A DNA stretch of 64,000 bases from Podarcis erhardii (lineage: Eukaryota), in the NCBI GenBank assembly GCA_964252035.1, contig OZ176206.1; one strand, given 5' to 3'. Position 1 is the first letter of the stretch; each line of letters opens with the position of its first letter. Below the pieces are notes generated by a model. That model ran no database searches, was not told the origin of the DNA, and saw only the letters and a list, made by a program, of their open reading frames with translations. The translations under genes were made by a program, and so were the position numbers. Positions 43,053 to 57,288 of this stretch are shown piece by piece.

Positions 43053-46000
43053 TACAGTTCAATAGGTGCAATGTAATAAAAAACATGCAAACAAAATGCT
43101 TGGCCTTCTGCAACAAATTCAGAAGGGGGATAGAAGCAGCTCAGTGGCATGCAGACTGAAAGGGAGGGTATCCTATCAAGTAATCTGAGGTTTACTAGCC
43201 CTAATGTGTGCTAGAGCTAGGTTTTCCAATTAGGCCTCCTAAGAGAAAGGAGGGGGATAAGAGTTTATGGGTGCAGTTTTTGGAATCTGCCACAGCCAAA
43301 TTACTGCAACAAGGCAATTCCTTCCAACAACCAAGAACCATAAAACAGATTACCAGATGAGAGATCAATTTAAAAACATTGATAGCGGCAGCACAAAATA
43401 GTTGTCTGAGGAAACAAGGGGGCTAAACCATTACAATGTACACTAACCGCTGAAACGAAAAGAACCCTAACGTATTTTCAGACATTCATGGGGCGGCCCT
43501 ATGATTTCTGAACATGTCAGCACTATCAGCTCTACCACTGCAATGGCTTCTGATGGAACTGTACAGCAACAGCCGCCCAGTCCCTACACAAGGAGAATGC
43601 ACAACAAGCTTTTTGAGACTGTGTGTGTCCCTTGCCAAAGCAGTTACTTGCTGTGCGGCGGGGGGGGGGGGGGAGCAGACTGGGGAGGGGCTGAGAAGAG
43701 GAAACATGTTACTTGCTCTCTTTGCAGCAAAGGAGAAATCAGCCAAGAAGCTGCATTTCCAAACATGTAGGGCTACCTAGGGGAGTTTCATTCCGTTAGC
43801 CCACCCTGGCATTGTACGTCACTGGCACAGAGCCAAGCCTGCACTCCGCTTCCAGGCCACAGGCTACACATTAACCCTCTGCTTGGTCCCTGTTCTGCCC
43901 TGCAGATTTCCACCAGGCAGCAAATTCAATCCCCGCCTCTTCACTCGCTTCTGTGCAGTGGTGCCTCTGCCATGGCAACAAGCTTCTCATTGGAGAAGCG
44001 GAGCTGCCAGGGAACCAATGGGAAGCCAGGCGGTGTTGCTAGGTTCTCCGGGATGCAATGGGCTGATTATGCCCAAACAAAGCAAGAAAGAGGAGAAGGC
44101 GAGAGTCTCCAAAAATACCTCGGTAAAGAACTGGCTCTCCTTCCAGGAACAGGGGCTAGAAATAACCTGCAAAGGGAGACCCAGCAACAACAGGGCTCAT
44201 GGTGCTGGCACGATGCCACAGCCACTCACGGCAGTCGTGATCTCTCCTGTTCAGTGACTCTCAGAGCCAGCTGGGTGCAAAACTCTCCCCCAGTTCAGAA
44301 TCCCATGGGGTGCTTGAATTGAATTTCCTATCTGTCTCCATCCTTTGGTGTAACTGGCAAGGCTAACATAAAAGGCTGCCTGGCCTGGCTGCAATTCCCT
44401 AGCTGTGCCTGCCTTTTCTTTTGCCAGCCACAGGGCACCAGGTATCCTCAACAGAGGTTCACTGCCACAGTTCTACCAGATCAGAGGTTTTGGACATTTC
44501 ACGGATTCCTTACAAAGGACAAGGGTAAAAAAAGGCTAGGTCTCCACGTACAACTCGACTGCCTTGCACCCTAGTCAAAAACCTATAATCTACTGTCAAG
44601 GTTCTAGCCAAAGAAGGGTCCTGAAATGAGTTAGGAGCCTCACTTTTATTTAAGCCTAGGTGCCTGCTAACCTGTGTTGCAGGTCTGTATTTCTTTGCCA
44701 TTTATTTCTAACCCACTGGGCCTAGAGACTCAACTCAAGCTACTGGAGGTGTGGAAATAAAGAACAAAGGTCAGGCAAACCCAGTCTAAATTAGAGCCTT
44801 CAGAAATGCTCAAAAACTTAAGGCAGCAAACAGAACCTTTGCAGAAAATTCTAATGTCATATGATCCAATGTGGAAGGATGCCAGCTACTTGTCTGTCCT
44901 TAGAACAGGGGTGGGGAACCTGCAGCACTCCAAATGTTTTGGACTCTGAACACTCATCAATCCCAGCCAGCATGGCCATTGGACACAGATGTTGGTAGCT
45001 GTAGTCCAACAAAATCTGAAGGGCCACAGGCCTTTCCCTGACTGAAGAAAAACATCTATCTATGATTTACATCAGAATGCCACAGAGTTCATTATAAACC
45101 TGGGAACTTTCAGACTACTGTCACCTTAAACACTGAGCACTGAAAAACATCTTGTTTGGCAAAATGGCATCTTTCTTTGAGCTGGAATCTATTCCATGCT
45201 CCTTGAGAGCTCTTTTCCTCATTGCAACTTAGTAATGGTCTTACCTTCATCACATGCAAGCCTCATAAAACTTAGTTATATTCCCAGTCAAAATGTGGCC
45301 AGAATGATTAGGAATCCCTTGTGCTGAACTTCATTCTAAAGCCATGGGATTAAAGCATGTAACTGGCTCATATTTATATTGGGCAAAAAGAACTGAAGAG
45401 TTAACTGCCACTGTTGTGAAATTAGATGGGCCCTGAGTAACATCTCAGGGAGGAAAGGAAGAGCAAAAGAAAACCTGTTTATAAAATTCAACACATATCA
45501 AGCGAGGCCAGAGAAGACCAATGTGGAAGGATTAAAGTAAGGAAAACAAGACTCCACTGAAAAGTATGTCTCACGGACTTTAATGGAATGTGCCTCCAAG
45601 AGTGCTGAAGATAGAAGCTTATGTTGAAATCATAAGAACACTTACTTGGAACAAGTTTCCATAAGTCTATGAGCCATACTTCTGAGTAAAAGGTAGGGTA
45701 TATAGAGATGATTCAGGGCACTGTCACAAACATTGCAGGAGAATATTATCATCACAGACCGAAGTGAGTTCAGAGCATAATAATATTTTCAAGATAAACA
45801 CTGTATTACTGGTCATGAGGATATCATACAGCAGCAAACACAGTGCAAGTGAAAATACTTAAGCCTAGAATTACTGCTAGATTTCTCACTGAAATGGAAA
45901 TCTCACAAATCAAGTGCACATAACTAAGACTGTGGCAGGAGGAATACTATGCAGCAGACTGCTGGCAGTAATATGGGTGACATGGATTAACCTACTAGTC

Positions 46001-46486
46001 ATGTTTGGGTGTGAAAGATCCTGTCTCAGTGAAGAGGCCTTGAGTAGACAAGAGGAGCTATTCAGGGTCATACTAAAGGTCCAGCCAGCCAAGTATCCTG
46101 TTTCCAACAGTGACTAGATTTGGATGTCACAATATGTTTTAATGACCCAGGATACTAACAGAGAGTCTCTTCCCTCTGTTCTCCTCCAGCCATTGACAGT
46201 TTTACTGTAGATACTCTGATCTTCCATGAATGGGTTTGTTTTTTTTTAAACTCAGTATTACTAGAGACTACTACTACATTCTGTGCAAGTAAGAGCCACA
46301 GGTTTGTACTAGCATAAAATATGTGCTTGTTTAAAAACTACTCAGCACTCTCCAGTTTTATTTAGTATTAAGTCAATGGACACTCATTCCATATTCAATA
46401 TTCTAATCTAGTTCTCTCTTTTTGACCATGGTTCTTATCAATTTAGCTTATGCTCAATATTCACTTCTGAAATATGAGGAAACTAA

Positions 46487-46783
46487 CAGAGCCTAGGACT
46501 TGCCGATCAGAAGGTCGTGGTTCGAATCCCCGTGACGGGGTGAGCTCCCGTTGCTTGGTCCCTGCTCCTGCCAACCTAGCAGTTTGAAAGCACGTCAAAG
46601 TGCAAGTAGATACATAGGTACCGCTCCGGCGGGAAGGTAAACAGCGTTTCCATGCGCTGTTCTGGTTCGCCAGAAGCAGCTTTGTCATGCTGGCCACATG
46701 ACCCGGAGGCAAATAAAGCGATATGAGCGCCGCAACCCCAGAGTCGGCCACGACTGGACCTAATGATCAGGGGTCCCTTTACC
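46487..46783 (+). mobile_element. Sauria SINE, 5'-truncated
   Basis: Same core and tail as the 3522 copy. Confidence 0.85.
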
Positions 46784-49700
46784 TAAGACTACACATAGTA
46801 CTAAGTTGCATGTACATTGGAGAGTTATGTTAGTTTTACCAATTATTTTCCAATTCATTCTGAAGTTGTTAGCTTTTAATGTGGGTTTTTGTCAGTCGCA
46901 GTGCACCGAGCTGAAATTTTAAGCAATGACTTTCAGGTCTGTCCAAGTTTCTTTACTTACTAAGGTTGTTCAAATACAACCAAACACCTATTTTCCAGAG
47001 GCAATCACAACCTGAATTTGTTGGAAGCTTTTGGAATGTTGGGAATGGCCTGCTCTTGAATCAGAATTTCAAAGCCAATTATATAAACTCAATGATCTGA
47101 CTATGAACACAGAGTTAGGGTTGTTATACATATTTCTCTTTCCTAAAACTATGGCCAAAATATTGTGAAACCAATTTTAGCTGAATGATTATTGTGGACC
47201 ACAGCACTATATTAGGCTCCTAATATAACTTATTTTTCTACATTATCTTAAATTCATTCTTTTTTGACACTAGGAAATTCCCTTTCCCCATCTTCTGCAA
47301 CAGTGTTGAAACTAGGAGATGTGCTGACATAGTCAGTGCCATTTGGTCTCCATCTACCTTTGTTTAGAATGCAAAATCTGAACAATCAAAGAAGGCTAGG
47401 AAGGAGATAACACAAACTGAACTGGATCTACATTGTCAAATGGGACCATCACCCTTCTCCACTAACAGTTCTATTTCTCTTATAATAAAATGCAAATTTT
47501 CCCACACAAAGTTTACTACAAGTAAACATTTAATCAAAATGTGAAAGAAGGATGTACAAGAAAATAATTAAGTATGGGTTAACAAGGTATTTGGGGATTT
47601 AAAGCTGGATATGTGAGGAGGAGGACTGAACTGATTTCCACAGGATTTGGAAAAAGATATTTGGAGGGCTGGGACAATGCTTCAACCAGGAACACTGGCC
47701 GATAAAAGTTAAGTAAGCATAGAAACATTTCATGAAATGTAATGATACCCAAGTAAGGTAGACTACAAGATTTATAGAAAAGACTAAAGATACTTCATCA
47801 AGCTCCTAATAGCAGTTCTGTGTAAATTATGTTCCATCTGATGGCATCCAGTTTGTCAACATTCTGTATGAAAAACTTCAAGTACAACCTCACACCCAGA
47901 TCTTGAGTTCAAGGCAGGACAATGGTAAGTGGGGGAGCCATTCAGGTAGGAATTAGTCCTAATGGTTTAAATTAATTGAGAAATTATGCAGAAGGTAGTT
48001 TAGGCAAATAGTAAAAGGAGACAGATGACAAGACCATCAGCATATGTGCTCTTAACTCAAAGTAGTCATACTGCCCCAACTTCCCTGTAATTTGGAATGA
48101 CAGTAAGAAGCCTTCACAATGGTAAAACCAACAATGATACAGGATTCTCACAAGCCACATTGTTTCTACTCTTAATAGGTCCTTTTTTGTACTTCCAGCT
48201 TCTCCTTCAGATAGATGAAGACGCTTCCTGGTGTGCTAAATGCCAAATGCGTTATTTATGCTATGGCCGCTGAACAGTATCCATCCTATAGTTTCAAAAA
48301 GAACTGAGAACAGAATCAACAAATGTATGCAAGCCTTAACAACAACACCTTCCTCTTCTTTGTGGATTTTCTGCAACCAGTCTTTTATCAAATTAACACA
48401 AAATGAAGTCTGTGAACTATAAAAGGATTACCCAGCTAACAATTTTGTGTTCTGCTAGCATCCAGGAAAAATAAAATAGCCTACCCAGACAACTGATGTA
48501 AAGCCTCTGATTTTTACAAAAACTTTGTCAAATGTCTTAACAGGTTCAAGAAACCTCCTTTCTATAAAACCATGGAACTTATTAGTTCCATATTAAGTCT
48601 AACACCAGATCATAATGTTGTTGTCCATTCACACACTTAGGAGAAGGCTATCATTTCTCGTGGACGGGTCATCTTTCAACCTCAGCTTTAAGAGGTCAAA
48701 TTCAGAGCTGCTTGTTTACCACCTGAGAACATTTCAGTTTCTCTTTGAGAACGTAAACAGAACAGACAGTGCCATGTTTCTCATTCAACTTACTTTTACT
48801 CTAGTATAGTGATCATCTCACTGATTTTTTGCCACTGCAGGGACAAGGAACCTCCAGCTCATGGCCCTAATTAGGCCCAGAAGTCCTAATTTTGCCTGCA
48901 AGGCCATTTCCTCCAAACCATACCAATTTATCCCACTTCTAACATCATATTTGATGTCAGGTAAAGGTATGGCTGCCATCACTCTGAAGTCCATTTGCAA
49001 GCAGCATGTATTGAAACTGTTTGCAAACAGATTTCAAAGGTGAGTCTCTTTCAAGTTGTCACCTTTCCGCATGACAGCCCCTGCACATATGTCACAAGTT
49101 GGCCTGCAGGGGTGGGTGGGGAAAGGAGTTCCCCACTTCTGGGCAACTGCCACATCCAATACAAGCCATGAAGGAAACAGGTATTTTGGTGCCCTTAATG
49201 TACCTGGTGGCTGCACCAGATGCTGTGGTTGCCTATGAAAAACCATGCAAAACTTGTTCCACTTTCTAGAACAGTAGCCATAGTAGTCTATCACTGCAAA
49301 GATGTCAGAATTCTGCAACTAGCACCAGGTGAAAAAGGCTGTAGGCAAAAGTTTGCCCTGCAGTAAACTCATTCTAAAGAGGTCACAGAAACAACATGAA
49401 TTTGCAACATGTGCCTTGGACTGCTCATTTCAATCACCTAAAATGATTTATGCTTACAGAGTTATGTGATGTACTTGCTCTCAGCTTGTGACATGTTGTG
49501 GTTTGAATTTTCATGGATTGATCTTATGCTGATGTACAGATAACCCCACCTTGTGATGGTGAATAAACGAGGTGGCCTTGGGGTCCTTCAGCTCCATGGT
49601 TCTATAAAATTATGCTTCTTGAACATCTGGAATATCTTTTATCAAAGCCTTATACAAAGTTGTGAAAATACCCATTTAGTAATCCAATCATCAATTTGTC

Positions 49701-52699
49701 TTTTTTTTTTTTTTTGTTAAATCACATTTTGTTGCTCATAGCTATCTTGTATTTTGCCAAGACCCAAAGAGCTTCTCTTTCCTTCTTTACTGTCCTTTTC
49801 AGCTAAGAACAAAGTATTTACTACATCCCAACCATGTCACCTTTCACTGTACTTACTACCAAGGGTCATCTTCCACTGAACTACTACTGAGGTTTATGAA
49901 ATCATCAACTTCTATCACAAAATAACTTCCTGATCCTTATCTGTACCGTCCACATCTAACAACATGTTATCAGTAAATACCATGGTATCAGTGAGCAACC
50001 ACAGGAAGTGCCTATAGCATTGTAACCTTTCCATGTCCCCAGTGGCACTTTCAGTCAGTGTGTAAAAAACCTGAACCCCAAGTGTGAAAGGCTATGTAAC
50101 TCCAAATAACAAGCAAGCAAACAACCTACACAAATATTCTACCCATCCATAATCCTGTATCTGGACATTCTGGGCAAATCAGAAAAAGTGAGACACCTAT
50201 CCGCTCAGCCTCCTCAGCTGCAGAAACAACCAGTCCCACAGCTTTTTATGCTCCTGAGCTATTAGTGCACCCTAACAAGGAAAGGAAGCCCCTATTCTTC
50301 TACCGAGTTTACAAGAGTCTGCAACATGTTATCCAATGGTCCTTTCCCAAAGGCTTCCATTCTAGAGGAGAGGAAAAGATTAATTCCACCATGGGTTTCT
50401 TAGTCTCCACTCACTTAGCACGACATAGTTATCTCACAGGTTTCAGTAATGCTACCTCTTACAGTACTGTATAGGCTAGACTAGGTGAAGAAAATACTCA
50501 TGGCTTCACAATGGCAGCAGGGGTTTTGCAAGAGCATAGGGCAGACTAGTATGAAATCAGGCATATGCTGAACTTAAATACTGCACAAATGTTGCCTACT
50601 AGTGACCATGCAGAAAAAATGCATAAAGTTCATCCAACATTCTTAGTTTCTTAAAAGTTGTGCTCACTCATAAATGAGTTAATATACTATGATTACACCT
50701 GAGATAGTACATGTCCCCACATTACTGCAGTAGTGCAAGTCTGAGAACAAGAAAACCTATTATTCAAAATCAGGGGCTAACAAATAATTGCCAGTGCTGT
50801 ACAGATGCCACAAATTCATATCTCAACTCAGGTTCAACTCAGCCACAGCTAGAGATGCAAGATATCTAACCTGACATCCACATCAACAACTATGAACTAT
50901 TTCTGAACCTACAGAAATCTGGGTCTCTTACTAAAGTTCTATGAACCAATACAGGGGTTTTCAGAAACCAACTGCAGATAAGCAGATTAAATATTTTTTG
51001 TATTTGTTTCTAAGAATTACCTCATTTGTAAACAGCAACAGGTACCACAAATATGCATAGACGGAACTGCTCCAGGAAACCAAAGGAAATCTCAATTTAC
51101 GCAAAGTTGCGATTAACTGGACCCAAGTAAGCTGGCACATGGGGTCATAAAGCATTGAGGTCATAAAGACAGCACTGGTAAAAGCAACTACCATCCAGAT
51201 TACAGAATTAAACAAATTCCATCACAAGGTGTAGGTACGTATATGGAAAACAATTATATCCCATAAGTTTTATTTGTGAAACATCTACAGCACAATCCTA
51301 TATATGTTACAAAGAAGTCCCCCTGTGTTCCAATGGTTTGTGCTCATTGCAGTTAGGGAGCAACCTTACTACACATAACAGCACTTATTTCAGAGTAAAC
51401 ATTAATATGATTGTGCTGATTATTTCTTTATAGATAGTATTAAATACCTGGCGTCAGCAACATCCTGGAGCAAGGGTTCTACAGGTTATCTGTATTGTCA
51501 ACTTAAATCTCTTTTCCACTACCTGCTCTTACCATTCATAGCTGCTGCAAATGATATCATTGCAACTTATTACTGAAATTATGCATGATGGCATTTATGG
51601 TATTAGCATAAGAAACTGCGGCAGGGAGGGGGAGAGAGATAAGATTTTTTTTAAAAAAAAATAAAAGATACAAGTAACACACTATAATAATTAGTGCTGT
51701 GCCAAAGGTTACAAATACCATGTACTGATTTACCCTCACCTGGGAGGGGAAGATTGAGAACATAGGACACATTATGATGAGGGCAGTTTATGAAGGCTGT
51801 GTATTCTAGGTAACTTTCTCCAGAGAAAGGAAGACAACTCAAGTGTACTATTACACCACAATAGTTGAAATGCTCACAGCATGATTGTGGGCAGGGGGAG
51901 ATATCCTTGTTTATGGGGCTATCCAAAAATACAACAAAAATATAAACATAAATTCACTTCCTGGAAGGAGTAAAATCCCCAAAGGGATCAACCCACATCT
52001 CATTTAAGCCAATGGAGTAAACTCTTTTAATTTTTAAGGCTGAGCTTTACCCAACAGGTATATTGATGCAAGAAGCCCCATATCAATCATGGTGCACAGT
52101 GGAGCAACATTTACCTACTTTACTAATTTATGGTAATCCTAGCTCACCTGAAGTTAAAAGGGCTCATCATTTTAACCACCTTGTACATGTATAAATTAGT
52201 ATAATTTCATCTAGATTTTTTTTTAAAAAAACCCACCCACTCAATACACATATATGTTTGAGGTTAGCAGAACTCAGTGATTTTCTCATCCAGAGGCATT
52301 TGCACATCACAAATGCCCAAGAGATTTGGGGTGGGGGGCGAGGAGAGCACCTTAAAGACTACTGGATTTACTGGAGCCTAAGCTTCAGTGGTTTTAATAT
52401 TTAATACCAATCGAATATCTGATACCATTATATTGCTATCACAATAATGAGCATTTGATATCGCTATTAGATTGCCACAGAAATCTTTTTTTTTTTTTTT
52501 TTAGCCCAACGACGAAGTAAAATAATACACTGAAAAGGCGCCACAAGCCTGGAAACAGTGTGTGGTGGTGCTTAATGTAATAAAGACTAACACGGCTGCA
52601 AGAAAGAAAGACGAAGGGAAGGGGTGGGGGGGGGGGAGAAAAAAGATGGGTCTTGTCCATCCATGCACCACCAGCAGCAGCAGCAACGATCAGCGGAGG

Positions 52700-53720
52700 A
52701 GGAGGATGTGGGAACTCAGTAGGGAAGGCCGGGCCTATCGGGGAGAAGGAGGCAGAAACGGGCGGCTGCGCTGCGGAGGGCAGAAGTTTTGGGGGAAGGA
52801 AGTGGGAGAAAAAGCGGCGGCGGAGAATCAGGGTGGGGTCGGGCGGCGGGGAGGGGATGAGGGCGGGGCGGGGCGGCCCGGCCGGGAGGACGAGCGGGGT
52901 CCCGCCCGAGGCGAGGCGAAGCCGGGGAAGAGCCGGCCAGGGGCGGGGCCTGGCGAGAGAGGGAGAGAGTCCGGCTCCCTGGGAGAATCTGCCCGCCGCA
53001 GCCGGGATGAGCTGAGGAGAAAGGCGGGAAGGATTGGCCGGGTGGCGGTTGGGGGAGGGGGGGGTCGGGGAGGAAGAGGAAGGCGCGACGGCGCCCGCCT
53101 TTCTCTCCCTCCCCTCCGTCCCTCCCTCCCCTCCTCTCTCCTTCCTCTCCCTGGGAAGGGCCCGGAGGGCGGTCGGATGGGGAGCGGCAGGCAGGCGGGC
53201 GGGTCTCTTACCTGAGGAGGCGGCTGCGGCCCGCGGCGTGTTTCAAAGCTGGGGCTGAGGAGGAGAAGCGCGCTGGGGGCGGGGCGCGGCAGGCGGGCGG
53301 GTTGCGCCCCCACCCCCAGCGCAAGGGGCGTACTCCGGCGGCTGCTCCGGCGCCGGGATTTCCCAGTAATGCAACAAAAAATGGCGACCACAACAAACCG
53401 CCTCCGTTGCCGCCGCCGAGCGCATGCGCCCCGCCGGCGTGGCCACGTGAGGCAGCGGGCCGGGAGGGGGAGGGGGAAGAAATGGACGCGCGCCCGCGCG
53501 CGCTCTTTCTCTCTTCAGGAGCGCGTGCCTCTTTCCCTTTCGACGCTCCTCCCTCCCAAACGGGTGTGCGCATGCGCAAGTGTCTGCGGGCCGCCGTGTG
53601 TGAGTGTGTGTCTATAACGCTCCTTCCCTCCACCCCACCCCGCGCCTCACTCACGTCCCTTTCCAGAATGGCAGCGGCGAAGCTTAGAGCCGTTCTCTCG
53701 CTCTACGTGACACAGAATGA
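52700..53720. promoter_or_regulatory. CpG island promoter of DYRK1B
   Basis: Very GC/CpG-rich. YY1-type AAAATGGCG 53378-53386; NRF1-type GCGCATGCGC 53420-53429 and TGCGCATGCGCA 53567-53578; E-box CACGTG 53444-53449; several GC boxes. Confidence 0.8.
53212..53420 (-). other. DYRK1B: Probable non-coding first exon of DYRK1B (5' end approximate)
   Basis: Strong donor CAG|gtaaga at 53211 inside the only large CpG island, upstream of the DYRK1B coding exons on the same strand. Confidence 0.7.
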
Positions 53721-54454
53721 GAGGGTAGAATTCTGGACCGTACCACTGCAGATTGAAAGGAAGGGGGTTGGTGTGGGTGCTCCCTATCGTTTCGTACAGC
53801 GGCGCAGTTAGGTAATGCTAACGCTTCTGGGCGCAGTGGTCTTTATACATCCCTCCACTCCTCTTTAGATGGCAGTGTGGATTACAGTACTCCAAAAAAC
53901 GTAGCAAGACAGTCCATCTGCATTTGGGGACCGTCTTCATTTTTACTGAGGGGTGCCCTAGATTTGTGCCCCAAAGCCTAGCACCCGTTGAATGCTTTCC
54001 CAGAGGATAGTGGAGGGGAAGACTTAAGAGCAGAACAGAAGGGCAATTTGAAACCTTTCTCCCCTAGTCCTTAGTGATATTTGGCCGTGGTAGAGCACCT
54101 GCTTTGAATGCAGAAGGCCCTGTGTGCAGTCCTTCCGCAGGCAGGGCTGGGGAAGCCTCTTAAGTTCCTTACGTTCACCTTCTGCATACCAGAGCAGTGT
54201 GCTGACATCACCTTGGTGGCATGGAGATGGTAATGCCGATAGCAGTATTTTAAGGAGCACCAACGATAAAAAATATCAGGCATTTGGATTTGTAGGTCAG
54301 GGAAGCATTTGAAATGACACCCCCCTCTCAGTTGGGGATGCTAACTGCATGGTGCAGCGCTTAACACTACTAATCCTGCTACATGTGGGAGAAGTCCTGT
54401 TACATGTGGGAGAAGCCTACAATGCAGCCCCTGTGATGGGAACTATCACTAGGT

Positions 54455-54691
54455 CAGGGGTCAGCAACCTGCGGCCCATGGGGGTCGTTTAGCCAGCCAA
54501 TGAGCCGCCTGCTCAGCGATTCCGTGTGCGCTGCACTAAACCGGCGTGGGGACTTGCTTTTGCGGTGCCGGAAATCATGCCTGCACAGACGCTGGGAATC
54601 ACGGGCGCGCTCGCTCATGTGCGATCCGGCCCATGACGGGATCTCCACTGGAGTGAACCAGCCCAGGCAAGGTAAACCTTGCTGATCCCTG
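54455..54691. mobile_element. hAT (Charlie-like) MITE
   Basis: caggggtcagcaa ... ttgctgatccctg; TSD cactaggt/ctctaggt (7/8). Confidence 0.8.
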
Positions 54692-55443
54692 CTCTAGGTG
54701 CTATCCAGGCAGTACAGACTACAGGATGATGCTGTGATGCAACATTCCACAGCTCTGGAGAAGTTTCCTTCATATCCAGTACTGGGATGCTAGTCTAGGC
54801 TTAACATGCATAGTAAATTTCTAAATGCCTCATAGAATTTCATGTTTGTCCGATATACGCCACCAAAGATATGCAACAATCCAGGATTTTTTAATGGGGC
54901 AGAGTGGTGCTGGTGTGTACTGAAACCATACCATCTAGGAGAAACATCTGCCACCCAGCCCAAAAGAAACTACAGAGTCATCCAATTTTTTTAACATCAA
55001 ACACCATGAGATGTCCCTTCCCCATGCCCATCTATGTCTTGCCTTCAGGACAGAGACCCATCTGATTTTATATCACGTCTTTACTGAGGCTGGAAACAAA
55101 CTTAAAGAGATGAGTACTTTGGTCATCTCAGGATCCCAGTATGTATTTTACAAGCATATGTATGCAAAATCAGATTTCTAGAGCTAACTCTCTGGTCAGC
55201 TTTACATAATGAATGTTGGCCATTATATTGCCTTACAGCGCAGTCATATTTCTCTTCTCTGTCCACCCAACATCTTGCCAGCCTCCATTTTTCCTCTTAC
55301 ACCTAGTTGGGTTGTCTTCCTCAATTTAAAAACATATCCTAAACAACTTTTTTAAAATGGTGCTGATGTTGGGTGTGACCCATTTTAGGCCGTGAACTGC
55401 CTGTAACTCCCAAGCTACCACTTGAAGATGAAGAGTACAGAAG

Positions 55444-55807
55444 TAGAACTCATCCTGGAATCCTAGAACTGTAGAGTTGAAAGAGAATTAAAGGTTCAAC
55501 TAGTCCAACACCCTGCAATGCAGGAATATAAACTAGGCCATACATGACAGATTGCCACTCAACTGCTGCTTAAAGACCTCCAAGGAAAGAGCCCATCACC
55601 TCTCACAGGAGTCTGTTCCACATTCAAATGGCCCATACAAAAAGAAAGTTCTTCCTGATGTTTAGTCAGAATCTCCCTTCTTGTAACTTGGATGCATTGA
55701 TTTGGGTTCTAGCTGCTAGTGCAGGAGAAAGCAATCTTGCTCCATGCGACAGCCCTTTAGATGTTTGACGATGACTATTATTTCGCTTCTCAGTCTCTTT
55801 ACCAGGC
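55444..55807 (-). mobile_element. CR1 3' end, continuation of the 56593 element
   Basis: tagaactgtagagttgaa...cctgcaatgcagga...aaagttcttcctgatgtttagtcagaatctccc...ccaggct. Confidence 0.75.
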
Positions 55808-55808
55808 T

Positions 55809-56592
55809 GCTGTTGGCATCAGCCTGTCTTGAAAGAGAATGGAGTGTGCGTCCAAGGTTGAAATCAAACTGTTGGAGAGTCACAGCGTCCACTGTGGATA
55901 CAGAGACTGGTAACGTGCAGCTGCTGCCTCCTGCAATGTTTTTGCTGTGTTAGCAGCACCAAAATGTCCTCTCTGGGGTGCAAACCTGGGCAGTGTGTAT
56001 GGAGGTCCTAGGCTGCTCAGAAGGCCCCCCCCCCAGGCTTGCTGATGTAGTCCAAAGGAAAGCAGCACAATACATCAGGCAAAAGCTTGGCTGCAGGAGT
56101 TGCTGGAAGGAGGCATACAAGACACCACCCAACTGTCCGGGACCCCCACTCTGTATTGTGTAGGGTTTTACTCTTTAGCCTTTTCTTCTCAAGATATTCC
56201 ACAAGGCAGCGGAGGTGTAGGATCAGAGCAACCTTCCCAGGTTGACGAGCCCCATGTTCCTTTACTTCCCTCTACTGCCTATGTAGAAACCACCTTCTTG
56301 ACCGTTGGGCCCACTATTGGTCTTGTCCACTCAATCTGCTGAAGCCTGTCTTCACGTGCAGGGCAAGTCCCATACTCACTGAAGGTTGGAGACCCAACAA
56401 CTACCCTCATTTGGTTTAGCTGGCCAGTCAAAGCCGTTCCCCAGGGTGTAGCCACTGGCATACGCCAGCAGCTTCTAGGAGCCACAGGTGAGAACACAGT
56501 GCAGGGTGGGGACCAAAGATGGACAAACTACCCCAGAAGGCGCATGCGTGGCCCACCAGAGGTACTATCCCTCCTCTAACACCCCATACACC
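55809..56592. mobile_element. About 780-bp interspersed repeat inserted into the CR1 (possibly RTE-clade derived; family not determined)
   Basis: Interrupts otherwise collinear CR1 sequence; resembles a lacertid repeat I recall but cannot name reliably. Confidence 0.45.
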
Positions 56593-57170
56593 CTTTACCT
56601 AGTTCCCTCAGCTGCTCCCTTGGATCATCTTGGTGACTCTCCTCTGCACACCTTCCAGCTTGTCAGTATCCTCCTTAAACTGTGGTGCCCAGAACTGGAC
56701 ACAGTACTCCACACGTGGTGTGACCAAAGAAGAATAGAGCAGTACTATGACTTCCCTTGATCTCGAAACTATACTTCTGTTCATCCAGCTTAAGCTATGT
56801 GCTGCTGCATCACATTGTTGACTTGTGTTAAGCCTGTGCCCTACTAAGACTCCTAGATCCTTTTCATATGTACTACCGGCAAGCCAGATGTCCCCCATCT
56901 TATATTTGAGCAGCTGGTTCTTCCTGCCTAAGTGCAGAACCTTACATTTGTCCCCACTGAAATTCATTTTGTTAGTTTGGGCCAGTTCTCCAATCTGTTA
57001 AGCTCATCTTGAATCCTGATCGGTCTTCAGTGGCACTGGCTGCCCCTCCCAGTTTGATGTCTTCTGCAAATTTGATGAGCACCCCCTCAATTCCTTCATC
57101 CAAGTCATTTATAAAGACATTGAACAACAACGGGCCCAGGACACAACCCTGCGGCACCCCACTTGTTACA
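56593..57170 (-). mobile_element. CR1 LINE ORF2 (reverse transcriptase C-terminal part), 5'-truncated
   Basis: PQGCVLGPLLFNVFINDLD...KFAED and KCKVLHLGRKN...EYCVQFWAPQFKEDTDKLEGVQRRVTKMI. Confidence 0.92.
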
Positions 57171-57288
57171 GTCCTGTACCAAATACATATTAAAAGGAGA
57201 GACTTTTACAAGCTGCTACACTAATTCTGATCCTTGTTAAATATATGCAAGTCCACAAGCAAAACCAGTGCATATCTACATTACTTAT

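Noticed and set aside
30252-43150. Recurrent short ORFs ending ...TSGYIRFRL...VKNFASG
   Set aside because: Translations of the non-coding family-A MITE, not a protein family
53212-53446. N-terminal DYRK1B extension from the CpG-island exon
   Set aside because: The frame that would join exon 26610 has a TGA at 53245-53243 and no ATG after it. The ATG at 53425 could only be a uORF and may lie upstream of the TSS
52562-53811. Several long ORFs (217, 187, 169 and 148 aa) on both strands
   Set aside because: Low-complexity Gly/Arg/Pro translations expected from a stop-poor CpG island
54380-54420. Short direct duplication tacatgtgggagaag x2
   Set aside because: A simple local tandem duplication with no further structure
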